DNA of 24,534 nucleotides from a virus (lineage: Duplodnaviria > Heunggongvirae > Uroviricota > Caudoviricetes). Position 1 is the first letter of the stretch. Each line of letters opens with the position of its first letter. The notes beneath the pieces were generated by a model that saw only the letters and a list, made by a program, of their open reading frames with translations, ran no database searches and was not told where the DNA came from. Made by a program: the position numbers and the translations under genes. The stretch lies in the IMG/VR virus record IMGVR_UViG_2548876935_000008, one strand, 5' to 3'. Positions 17,212 to 24,534 of the stretch are shown here, one piece after another.

Positions 17212-17227
17212 CTGTTTATATTTACAG
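17212..17227. promoter_or_regulatory. LexA box (SOS operator), CTGT-N8-ACAG, in the promoter of the tum/dinI-like operon
   Basis: Seen directly: CTGTTTATATTTACAG, a perfect match to the CTGT-N8-ACAG consensus, 44-59 bp upstream of the ATG at 17168 and overlapping AT-rich -10-like hexamers. A partial second site (CTGTATGTACAACCAC) abuts it at 17197..17212. Confidence 0.6.
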
Positions 17228-17321
17228 TATATAATAATCTTACTGATGTAAAACGTTTTTTTACGTTCATCAGCCTGATATGCCTGGTATTATTAAGAGC
17301 ACGAATTGTTAACCCGCGTAA

Positions 17322-19736
17322 TTAATACAGGTTTCGCCACTTATCATCTTCCTGCAAACGCTGGTTCCGATAGAAGATACGCAGGCCTGCTCCTGACGGA
17401 ATACTGCCGCCGCGAAGGAGTAAATCGACCTCTTTCTCGCTGCCATCAAATCCTCTGGACTTCAGTTCATAGACGAGCTGCTGTCGCTGATGGTCTGTAA
17501 TTCGCTGTTTGTAGTCTTTACGCCGTTTCGGTTTCACCAGGCGTAACCTTGCAGCCAGTTCCCGGCGCTCTTTTTTGCTCATACTGTGCAGGTAATCGTG
17601 CAACTCCTTGTCATCCATGCGGGTAATGTCCGTCCTGGTATCCCCATCAGCTGATTTGTCTTTCCCTTGTTGGTTCAAATTTTCAGCAAGGGGACAGTTA
17701 TTGCCACGAGTCCAAGGGGCGCAAGCGCCCTGGTCGGCTGCCGCCTCCTGAACGTCAACGGCCTTACGAACTATTTTCCACTTCACTGCATGAGTGCAGA
17801 TCTTGCCCTCTGCAATGGGTGACCAGATGCCATAAATACGAATACCGTGATCACCATAGGCGGTCGGCTCTTCGTTGATTTCATAAGCGGTTCTGATCAA
17901 GTGATATTTGCGGGGAACCAGTACGCCGCCCTGCTTCATGATGTAGGTGGCAAAACAACCAGCATCAGCAGCAGCCAGGATGGCATCAAGGCGCGGGTTA
18001 TCCAGTACCGGCGCACCTGCTTTTTTGTCACCCTGTTGCCTTGCCGCCTGACCAGCCAGCAATCGCAGTTCACGGTAAGCCTGACGCCCCGGAATGCCAA
18101 AGAAGCGGAATTGCTGAACACGATGCAGAGACGCCCAGGCATTAACGTATTCAGCGTTATCACGCAGGGATTTACCCGTTTCCTTACTGATCTCGCCAGC
18201 CAGACCACGCCCGTCAATATTCTTACTGATATATTTCGCAATGTAGCTTGTCGGCGTTCCTTTGCGCGGGTTTATCAGCTCAGACTTAAAGCGTGGCCCC
18301 GTGTTATTGCCCAGCTCCTCGCGGTCTTCACGGATGGCAAACTTACGCAACAATGCAGTAATGGCGCGGCGGTCTTTTTTGCGCATGAAACACAACAGGT
18401 GCCAGTGAACTGTGCCGTCATGATGCGGCTCAGCCACCCGCACGCCATACCAGCGCAACCCGGCTTTGTGCATAGCCTTACGAAATGCAGCAAACATGCC
18501 GACCAGATAATCGCTGCTTTGTCTTACTGTCGCGTTGGTCCAGGTCGGGTTTGGCCTACCGTTATTTAGCGTGGAATGGAAACGTGACGGACAAGTGATG
18601 GTGTAGAAAACGGCGCAGTCACCACGCATTTCCGCGATAAGCTCCAGGCCTTTAACACAGGCCATCATCTCGTTGCGGCGATGCGCCGGGTTGCTGCTGC
18701 TGGCGTTTACCACATCCTCCATGTTCAGCGTGTCGCCGTCTTCGTTCACCAGTTCATGAGAACGGAAAAACTCCAGCGACTTACGGCGCTGCTCACGTTT
18801 ATGCATCACGGCTTCATAGCTGACATAGGGAGATGCTTTTTTGCTGACCAGGCAGACAGCACGCAACTGCTCTTCCCGCCATTCGCAACGCATCTTCCAT
18901 AATTTCCGATACCACCAGTCGGCGCACAGCATACGCGCCAGCGACCCCGGAATGAGTTCATAGGGCACGGGTTTACGGCGGTTTCTTTTCCGGCGGAGTT
19001 GCTCAAACGCAGGCGGTATGACATCCAGTCGCAGGGTTTCTGCTGCCACCTTTTCCCATGTCTTGCGGATTTCTTCTGGCTTAACGTCATCGGTGGCATA
19101 CAAATCACCACAAGCGGCATCAAGGCACATGCTCATATGCGCAGCGACAAGGATAGACAGGCGCTTCACCTGATCCTGACTCATTTCAGGCAGGATAAGC
19201 AGGCCATCCAGCCCTTCATGGCTTGCCATAAAGCGAAAAGAAGTGGATAGCTGACAGTCGCGGACATGCTCCAGTCGTTCCAGACATGGCTTAATCGTCT
19301 CACGCAAATAGCGGGAATAAGCCTTTGGCCTGCCCAGGCTGCTGAAATATTCAATACGTTGCATCAGCGGCTTGCTGATATGGGAAGGCTGGGCATTGAC
19401 GTCAGCCAGAATGACCATGTCTGGATTAAAACGCTGCTGCTCATGCGCCAGCTTTGCCCTGCTAATGAGCTTATCCTGCTCCATTTCGCGCTGGACAGGA
19501 TCACGGGATTCATTAAAGAAATAACGCTCCCAGACCTGATCACTCAGTGCCTCGCGGCGCAGTTGTTCCTGCTCGTTATCGGCAGCGTACAGAGTGATCA
19601 GGTTTGAAAGTGCAGAAACCGGCGCAACTTCCGCCGGGTCCTGATAAGGGTTAATAGCCTTTTTCGGGCTGTTCCATGAGAATGCTGCGGCGACCTCGTT
19701 AAAGCCGCTGCAGTTGTTCATATCATCATGGCTCAT
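17322..19736 (-). CDS. Replication initiation protein (P2 gpA-like rolling-circle endonuclease)
   Basis: 804 aa; position between the early-region genes and the cos-proximal cargo as in P2/186. Contains an HUH-type stretch ([10 protein letters not shown]). Stop of the upstream dam gene overlaps the start. Confidence 0.8.
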   Translation of the reverse strand: MSHDDMNNCSGFNEVAAAFSWNSPKKAINPYQDPAEVAPVSALSNLITLYAADNEQEQLRREALSDQVWERYFFNESRDPVQREMEQDKLISRAKLAHEQQRFNPDMVILADVNAQPSHISKPLMQRIEYFSSLGRPKAYSRYLRETIKPCLERLEHVRDCQLSTSFRFMASHEGLDGLLILPEMSQDQVKRLSILVAAHMSMCLDAACGDLYATDDVKPEEIRKTWEKVAAETLRLDVIPPAFEQLRRKRNRRKPVPYELIPGSLARMLCADWWYRKLWKMRCEWREEQLRAVCLVSKKASPYVSYEAVMHKREQRRKSLEFFRSHELVNEDGDTLNMEDVVNASSSNPAHRRNEMMACVKGLELIAEMRGDCAVFYTITCPSRFHSTLNNGRPNPTWTNATVRQSSDYLVGMFAAFRKAMHKAGLRWYGVRVAEPHHDGTVHWHLLCFMRKKDRRAITALLRKFAIREDREELGNNTGPRFKSELINPRKGTPTSYIAKYISKNIDGRGLAGEISKETGKSLRDNAEYVNAWASLHRVQQFRFFGIPGRQAYRELRLLAGQAARQQGDKKAGAPVLDNPRLDAILAAADAGCFATYIMKQGGVLVPRKYHLIRTAYEINEEPTAYGDHGIRIYGIWSPIAEGKICTHAVKWKIVRKAVDVQEAAADQGACAPWTRGNNCPLAENLNQQGKDKSADGDTRTDITRMDDKELHDYLHSMSKKERRELAARLRLVKPKRRKDYKQRITDHQRQQLVYELKSRGFDGSEKEVDLLLRGGSIPSGAGLRIFYRNQRLQEDDKWRNLY

Positions 19737-20590
19737 GCACGCACTCCGTATACGGCTGAACTATCCACGCCACGCGAAGGATCAAATCCCACCCAGCAGC
19801 GCGGCCCGGAAACAGCGATGATTTCAGTTGCAGATTTACTCTCACCAGCTGCTACGCCGATGCTGCGTTTTGCCTTGATGTAGTGGTGAGTAAAATTGCG
19901 ATACAGCGAACGGATCAGGGATGTGTCACTGTTAGAAACAATGACCGGATGTCCTTCTGATGACCGATGTTCAAGCACAGATGCCAGGCGATACTGGTCA
20001 TCTTCAGTGAAGCCATCAGTGTGATAGCCGGAAAACGTACCGTCATAAGGCGGATCGCAATACACAACATCCCCCGCGTGCAACATCGCCAGCGTTTCAT
20101 CGAAGCTGGCGCAGATAAACGTTGCCCGCTGGGCTTTCTCTGCAAATGCGCGAATTTCTTTTTCAGGGAAATACGGATTTTTATAATTACCGTAGGGAAT
20201 GTTGAAATGCCCGCTCTTGTTATAGCGACATAACCCACGGTAACCATGTCGATTGAGATACAGGAAATATACCGCTTTCATGAAATTAGTAATTTCAGTT
20301 GAGTAGTTAAACTCCTGCCTTATGTTGTAATAAGCCACCTCCCTGTTTGCTTCCTCAAATAAAACTCTGGCGCGAGATATAAATAATTCACAATCAGCGG
20401 CAACCTTTTTATAGAGGTTGATTAAATCAGGATTAATATCCGCAACCAGATAGCTGGGGTAATCCGTTTCCATCATCACTGCACAGGAACCCGCGAAAGG
20501 TTCAACCAGTCGCAGGCCAGCAGGAAGGTGTTTTTTCAGTTCTGGCATAATGGCGGTTTTATTTCCCGCCCATTTCAGGATGGTGCTCAT
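19733..20590 (-). CDS. dam: DNA adenine methyltransferase (Dam-like, N6-adenine MTase)
   Basis: 285 aa; motif I ([11 protein letters not shown]) and catalytic motif IV DPPY (VYCDPPYDG) are both visible in the translation. Confidence 0.85.
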   Translation of the reverse strand: MSTILKWAGNKTAIMPELKKHLPAGLRLVEPFAGSCAVMMETDYPSYLVADINPDLINLYKKVAADCELFISRARVLFEEANREVAYYNIRQEFNYSTEITNFMKAVYFLYLNRHGYRGLCRYNKSGHFNIPYGNYKNPYFPEKEIRAFAEKAQRATFICASFDETLAMLHAGDVVYCDPPYDGTFSGYHTDGFTEDDQYRLASVLEHRSSEGHPVIVSNSDTSLIRSLYRNFTHHYIKAKRSIGVAAGESKSATEIIAVSGPRCWVGFDPSRGVDSSAVYGVRA

Positions 20591-20814
20591 ACAGCACCTC
20601 CGTTGTAATGTTTACCTTTCAGCTCTGCGATTTCCTGACAGGTAATGCAAAGCTGCACTCCCGGAATGGCGCGGCGGCGTGCTGGCGGAATTGGCGCTTC
20701 ACACTCTATGCAAAGCACGCGAGACACGCCCGGTGTTTTGGCACGGGCAGCACGGATGTGGCGCTGGCGTTCTTCTTCAACGCGCTGCTGTACGAGATCC
20801 ATTGCATCAGCCAT
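20587..20814 (-). CDS. TraR/DksA-family C4 zinc-finger protein
   Basis: 75 aa; CIECEAPIPPARRRAIPGVQLCITCQ gives CxxC-x17-CxxC, the TraR/DksA zinc-finger signature common in P2/186-like early regions. Confidence 0.7.
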   Translation of the reverse strand: MADAMDLVQQRVEEERQRHIRAARAKTPGVSRVLCIECEAPIPPARRRAIPGVQLCITCQEIAELKGKHYNGGAV

Positions 20815-21053
20815 CAGTGGATCTCCTGCGCTTCGTTCTGGATTGCTTCAGCAGTCACACGCAGCAGTTCTGCCGCTTCGACGTGGTTTAGTTGGCGGGA
20901 TGTGATATAACACGCCAGGCTATCAAGGCGAGCTGCCATTGCTTCAGCCCTTGCCCGGCGTTCTTCCAGACGAGCCTCTGTCAGTAAAATATTAAGCCCT
21001 GCATCATCCGGTCCGGTTTTAGTCGTGAGGGTTTCAATATTACGCATAATCAA
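20814..21053 (-). CDS. Hypothetical phage early protein (79 aa)
   Basis: ORF with start/stop coupling to neighbours in the early operon; no recognised motif. Confidence 0.45.
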   Translation of the reverse strand: MIMRNIETLTTKTGPDDAGLNILLTEARLEERRARAEAMAARLDSLACYITSRQLNHVEAAELLRVTAEAIQNEAQEIH

Positions 21054-21114
21054 TTCTCCTGAATTTAGATAAAGGGATGCCCGGCGGGTTTACGCCATTA
21101 ATTTCATTAGTTGG

Positions 21115-21456
21115 TTAATTCGGCATGGTTAGCCGTCTGGGAAATAAGCTCACCACTGCACGAAAATGATTCATTGCTTTAATCAACTCCCGCTTTTCGT
21201 CAGTGGTCAGCTCATTAATGCTGATGCTATGACGTTCAGCTGGAATTTTTGCCATAAAGAATATGGCAGCCAGTGCCCTTTTATTTTGTTCATTATTGAT
21301 ATCCCATGGATCACGCATATCTTTAATAAACCGCTCAAGCTCTGACTCAATATTTAGGCCAAAAACTTTCGCCCTTAACTCCGCAATGTGATTAAGTCCA
21401 TTCAGGCGTTCACCGGGGCTTAATGGAACAGTCGCCGCAGTGCCTTCAATAGCCAT
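21115..21456 (-). CDS. Hypothetical phage early protein (113 aa)
   Basis: ORF in the early operon; overlaps the upstream gene by about 37 nt, so the start is uncertain. Confidence 0.45.
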   Translation of the reverse strand: MAIEGTAATVPLSPGERLNGLNHIAELRAKVFGLNIESELERFIKDMRDPWDINNEQNKRALAAIFFMAKIPAERHSISINELTTDEKRELIKAMNHFRAVVSLFPRRLTMPN

Positions 21457-21620
21457 TTGTTCCCCCGTTTTTTCGTAGATAGTTCTGCCAGCAATTCATC
21501 TTGTGAACGGCACGGATGCCAGCGTTTACCATCATCCCCCATGATCCAGCCGTGACCGTAATGCATTGCCGGGCTTTGTTTAACCAGCAGCGATGCAAAT
21601 GATGGTTCTTTCGTCAGCAT
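21420..21620 (-). CDS. Small early protein, possibly Fil-like (66 aa)
   Basis: ORF 21420..21650; start chosen at ATG 21620 (MLTKEPSFASLLVKQSPAMHYGHGW...), preceded by GAGGTG. Lies immediately after cII, where 186 encodes fil. Identity is positional inference. Confidence 0.4.
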   Translation of the reverse strand: MLTKEPSFASLLVKQSPAMHYGHGWIMGDDGKRWHPCRSQDELLAELSTKKRGNKWLLKALRRLFH

Positions 21621-21627
21621 AAGCACC

Positions 21628-22143
21628 TCACAGCAAACCAAATGAAGCACCGAGGCCAGTCACGGTATCAACTGCACTCGCCATCGCAGGATTAGCCTGT
21701 AAACGGGCCTGCAATGAAACAGCCGCCAGCGCCATCAGTCGTGTTACAGAGTTAATGCTGCTGATAGCATCACGACGACCGGCACAGGTTTTTACATCGC
21801 CAGACACCGCACCTGCAGCAACACGCCCGATCTCTGCGGTTGCACTCATGACGTAATGTGGCAGTTTCTCTTTTGCCACCTCATTAATCGGTACACATGG
21901 CAGACAATGAATCTGTGCCAGAAAACCATCTACCAGCGTTGAATCTTCAGTCAGATCGGTAAGCAGCCAGATTTCTGGTGCGGTTAATAAATGAGGCTGA
22001 GCTGGGTTCAGCTTGTTCCGCAGAATCTGCACATTCATGCCTGCACGTTCTGCCAGTTGCACCAGATTGTGGCGCAGTGCAAATGCACGACAGGCTTCAT
22101 CAAAATGTGGATGTTTGGAAACTTGGTAATCAAACATGGTCAA
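21628..22143 (-). CDS. cII: CII-like transcriptional activator (phage 186 CII family)
   Basis: 171 aa; [20 protein letters not shown]...[51 protein letters not shown]... strongly resembles 186 CII as I recall it. The true start may be the second Met (22137). Confidence 0.75.
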   Translation of the reverse strand: MTMFDYQVSKHPHFDEACRAFALRHNLVQLAERAGMNVQILRNKLNPAQPHLLTAPEIWLLTDLTEDSTLVDGFLAQIHCLPCVPINEVAKEKLPHYVMSATAEIGRVAAGAVSGDVKTCAGRRDAISSINSVTRLMALAAVSLQARLQANPAMASAVDTVTGLGASFGLL

Positions 22144-22169
22144 TGCCTCTGATGTATTTCAGAATCGAA

Positions 22170-22391
22170 CTAATTAAGGTTTAGATTGCATTCTGAAAGC
22201 GCATCAACGGTCATTGCTGCTATGTTGATCATCACTTTTTCGCGTTTTTTATCTTTGCGCAGACGGTGACGGATAAGGCGTCCATCAGCCAACATGTCAT
22301 TGATGGTATCGATGGATAGCCCTGTCAGCTCGCTATAGCGTTCAATAGTCACATGAGGCGTGGTAAGAGTGATTGAAATGTTAGGTCTCAT
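22170..22391 (-). CDS. Apl/Cox-like excisionase and switch repressor
   Basis: 73 aa basic protein with a helix-turn-helix-like segment ([21 protein letters not shown]); first gene of the lytic operon, divergent from cI, as 186 apl or P2 cox. Confidence 0.55.
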   Translation of the reverse strand: MRPNISITLTTPHVTIERYSELTGLSIDTINDMLADGRLIRHRLRKDKKREKVMINIAAMTVDALSECNLNLN

Positions 22392-22510
22392 GATGCAACA
22401 TTCCTCGTTTAATGATGATTAATCAGGACGAATACGGATCGTTTGTATTTTGTGAACACCATAAACATACGATCGCACAGTGAAATCGTCAAGATAAAAG
22501 TTCACTTGGA
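22392..22510. promoter_or_regulatory. Immunity switch region between apl and cI (promoters and operators)
   Basis: 119-bp AT-rich gap between divergent apl and cI. Repeated GTGAAC / GTTCAC half-sites (about 22452, 22479, 22500) are candidate repressor operators. No promoter was mapped. Confidence 0.4.
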
Positions 22511-22516
22511 GTGACC

Positions 22517-23086
22517 ATGAATTTGGAGAAAGGCGGACGAGGCGCCATAGAGCGCATGGTAGAAGCTTATGGATTCAAGACTCGACAGGCGTTGTGCGAT
22601 CATTTAGGAATCTCTAAAAGTACACTCGCCACACGCTACATGCGTGACTCATTCCCAGCAGAATGGGTAATCCAGTGCGCCCTTGAAACAGGCACCTCGC
22701 TTAATTGGCTCACAACCGGGCATGGTTCAAAGCAAACTTCAGGTAATACAAATACTATGGAAGTTGCTAAATATGTATTATCTGATGGGGCCTTGTGTGA
22801 AGACGGTTTTTATATTTTCGATAGAGAATTTCTACCGTCGGCATTCAAGAATCTTTTTGTAATCACAGATAATAATTCTGAATTTATTTGTGATAAGGAA
22901 TTTGATGATATACGTGATGGTAAATGGGTAATAAGTATTGATGGCGAAATAACGATCCGTGACATTACTCGTTTACCCGGTGGAAGAATCTTCGTCGAGG
23001 GTGGAAACAGAGCCTTCGAATGTAAGATAGAAGACATTGAAATAATTGGTAAAATTATAAGTTTAACAGTCAAGTATGTTAAATAA
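22517..23086 (+). CDS. cI: CI-like immunity repressor (186 CI family)
   Basis: Tracked ORF starts at a GTG (22511); the ATG at 22517 (MNLEKGG...) is preceded by GGAG. About 189 aa, close to 186 CI in length; contains ...YGF......L..H..IS.S.L..RY.R.......V.QCALETG..L.WL.TG.G, resembling the 186 CI N-terminal DNA-binding domain. Confidence 0.7.
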   Translation: MNLEKGGRGAIERMVEAYGFKTRQALCDHLGISKSTLATRYMRDSFPAEWVIQCALETGTSLNWLTTGHGSKQTSGNTNTMEVAKYVLSDGALCEDGFYIFDREFLPSAFKNLFVITDNNSEFICDKEFDDIRDGKWVISIDGEITIRDITRLPGGRIFVEGGNRAFECKIEDIEIIGKIISLTVKYVK

Positions 23087-23101
23087 TACCGGGAGGAAAT
23101 T

Positions 23102-23293
23102 ATGCTTGGTAAGGTATTTTTTGTGGTTTTGTCATGTTCTTTGTTATTAAACCCACTAGCTACCTATGCTAGAAATTATCCCTGCTCAGGGAAAAAGGGA
23201 GGTGTTTCTCACTGTACCTCTGATGGCAAATTCGTTTGCAATGATGGAACTATTAGTAAATCCAAAAAAATCTGTACTAAAAACTCACGATAA
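23102..23293 (+). CDS. Small secreted cysteine-rich protein (63 aa), possible lysogenic-conversion/moron gene
   Basis: Predicted signal peptide ([23 protein letters not shown]), then a short mature peptide with four Cys ([31 protein letters not shown]). AT-rich; sits between cI and int. Confidence 0.45.
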   Translation: MLGKVFFVVLSCSLLLNPLATYARNYPCSGKKGGVSHCTSDGKFVCNDGTISKSKKICTKNSR

Positions 23294-23481
23294 CTTTTGC
23301 TTTTATATCTGCGCCTAAAATAAAAATGAGCCACAGGTTAACCGCAAAAGTTACATGATCACATAGCAAAAAGAATAGCCTACTTCATTATGGCTTCAGT
23401 GAGATGTATGGTCGCAGGATTTCATACATTGACACTGGTTATACATACAGTAAAAATGCTCTCTATTGGAGGGCATTTTTT

Positions 23482-24534
23482 ATGGCTGTACGAAAACTCA
23501 CCACAGGAAAATGGCTTTGCGAATGTTACCCCGCCGGACGTAGTGGGCGTCGTGTGCGTAAACAATTCGCCACCAAAGGCGAAGCACTGGCTTTTGAGCG
23601 TCACACGATGGAAGAAACCGAAGCAAAGCCCTGGCTAGGTGAATCAGTGGATCGTCGAACACTGAAAGACGTGGTTGAGCTATGGTTCAAACTACATGGT
23701 AAATCACTGACTGCTGGGCAGCATGTCTATGACAAATTGCTGCTGATGGTTGACGCTCTGGGCAATCCCCTTGCAACTGATCTAACCTCTAAAATGTTTG
23801 CCCACTATCGAGATAAACGCCTGACAGGTGAGATCTACTTCAGCGAGAAATGGAAGAAAGGAGCAAGCCCGGTCACCATTAACCTGGAGCAAAGCTATCT
23901 AAGTAGTGTTTTTAGCGAACTATCCCGCCTGGGCGAATGGTCGTATCCGAACCCACTGGAGAACATGCGAAAATTCACCATCGCAGAAAAAGAGATGGCA
24001 TGGCTTACCCATGAGCAGATTGTTGAATTACTGGCTGATTGCAAACGTCAGGACCCAATTCTGGCACTGGTAGTTAAGATATGCTTAAGCACAGGCGCAC
24101 GCTGGCGAGAAGCCGTAAATCTTACTCGTTCACAGGTGACCAAATACCGAATTACCTTTGTAAGAACGAAGGGGAAGAAAAACAGAAGCATCCCTATCAG
24201 TAAAGAGCTTTACGAAGAGATCATGGCGCTTGATGGGTTCAATTTCTTCACAGACTGCTATTTTCAATTTTTATCCGTGATGGAAAAAACGTCTATCGTG
24301 CTCCCTCGCGGTCAACTCACACACGTTCTGCGCCATACGTTTGCGGCGCACTTCATGATGTCGGGTGGAAACATTCTGGCCTTACAAAAAATTCTCGGAC
24401 ACCACGATATAAAAATGACTATGCGTTACGCACATCTGGCACCGGATCATCTGGAAACGGCGCTCCGTTTCAATCCTCTGGCAACGCTGCCAAGTGGCGA
24501 CAAAGTGGCGGCAGCGGTTGGCATTACCCCGTAA
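23482..24534 (+). CDS. int: Tyrosine integrase (P2/186 integrase family)
   Basis: Tracked ORF starts at 23404; start chosen at ATG 23482 (MAVRKLTTGKWLCECYPAGRSGRRVRKQFATKGEALAFERH...), preceded by GGAGGG. C-terminal catalytic region has R...HxLRHT...H..Y (LTHVLRHTFAAHF...MRYAHL). Stop codon is the last three bases of the window. Confidence 0.85.
   Translation: MAVRKLTTGKWLCECYPAGRSGRRVRKQFATKGEALAFERHTMEETEAKPWLGESVDRRTLKDVVELWFKLHGKSLTAGQHVYDKLLLMVDALGNPLATDLTSKMFAHYRDKRLTGEIYFSEKWKKGASPVTINLEQSYLSSVFSELSRLGEWSYPNPLENMRKFTIAEKEMAWLTHEQIVELLADCKRQDPILALVVKICLSTGARWREAVNLTRSQVTKYRITFVRTKGKKNRSIPISKELYEEIMALDGFNFFTDCYFQFLSVMEKTSIVLPRGQLTHVLRHTFAAHFMMSGGNILALQKILGHHDIKMTMRYAHLAPDHLETALRFNPLATLPSGDKVAAAVGITP

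Noticed and set aside
16736-17270. tum-like and dinI-like ORFs as a single frameshifted pseudogene
   Set aside because: The second ORF has its own in-frame ATG with a good ribosome-binding site 10 nt after the first stop, and 186 is reported to carry separate tum and DinI-like genes; two genes is the simpler reading.
17847-18569. 240-aa plus-strand ORF inside replication gene A
   Set aside because: Antisense to a long, well-supported coding region; no ribosome-binding site; composition typical of a shadow frame.
1-24534. CRISPR arrays, tRNA or rRNA genes, and insertion sequences
   Set aside because: No regularly spaced direct repeats, no cloverleaf-like conserved tRNA features and no transposase-like ORFs were noticed; the integration site (often a tRNA) presumably lies beyond the integrase at the window end.

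Overview
The window is almost entirely a P2/186-like (Peduovirus-type) temperate prophage, running from the tail-fibre genes to the integrase. Gene order and protein N-termini match the P2 late operons on the minus strand (G, H, I, J, W, V, S, R, lysC, lysB, lysA, endolysin, holin, X, L, M, N, O), with the terminase ATPase P and portal Q on the plus strand. Downstream of Q lie an AT-rich accessory region, then replication gene A, a Dam methylase, a TraR/DksA zinc-finger gene, a 186-type switch (CII, Apl, CI) and a tyrosine integrase that ends at the window edge. All calls rest on reading the six-frame translations and the DNA by eye; no database search or computation was run. The most interesting part is the accessory region around a candidate cos site (about 15272-15290). 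On the Q side is a translationally coupled three-gene operon of unknown function (12893..15111, minus strand), and on the A side a small protein plus a three-helix membrane protein (15408..16465). Both sit where P2-like phages carry old/tin and other anti-phage cargo, and I could not assign either to a described system. Next to them is an SOS-controlled Tum/DinI-like module with a perfect LexA box.
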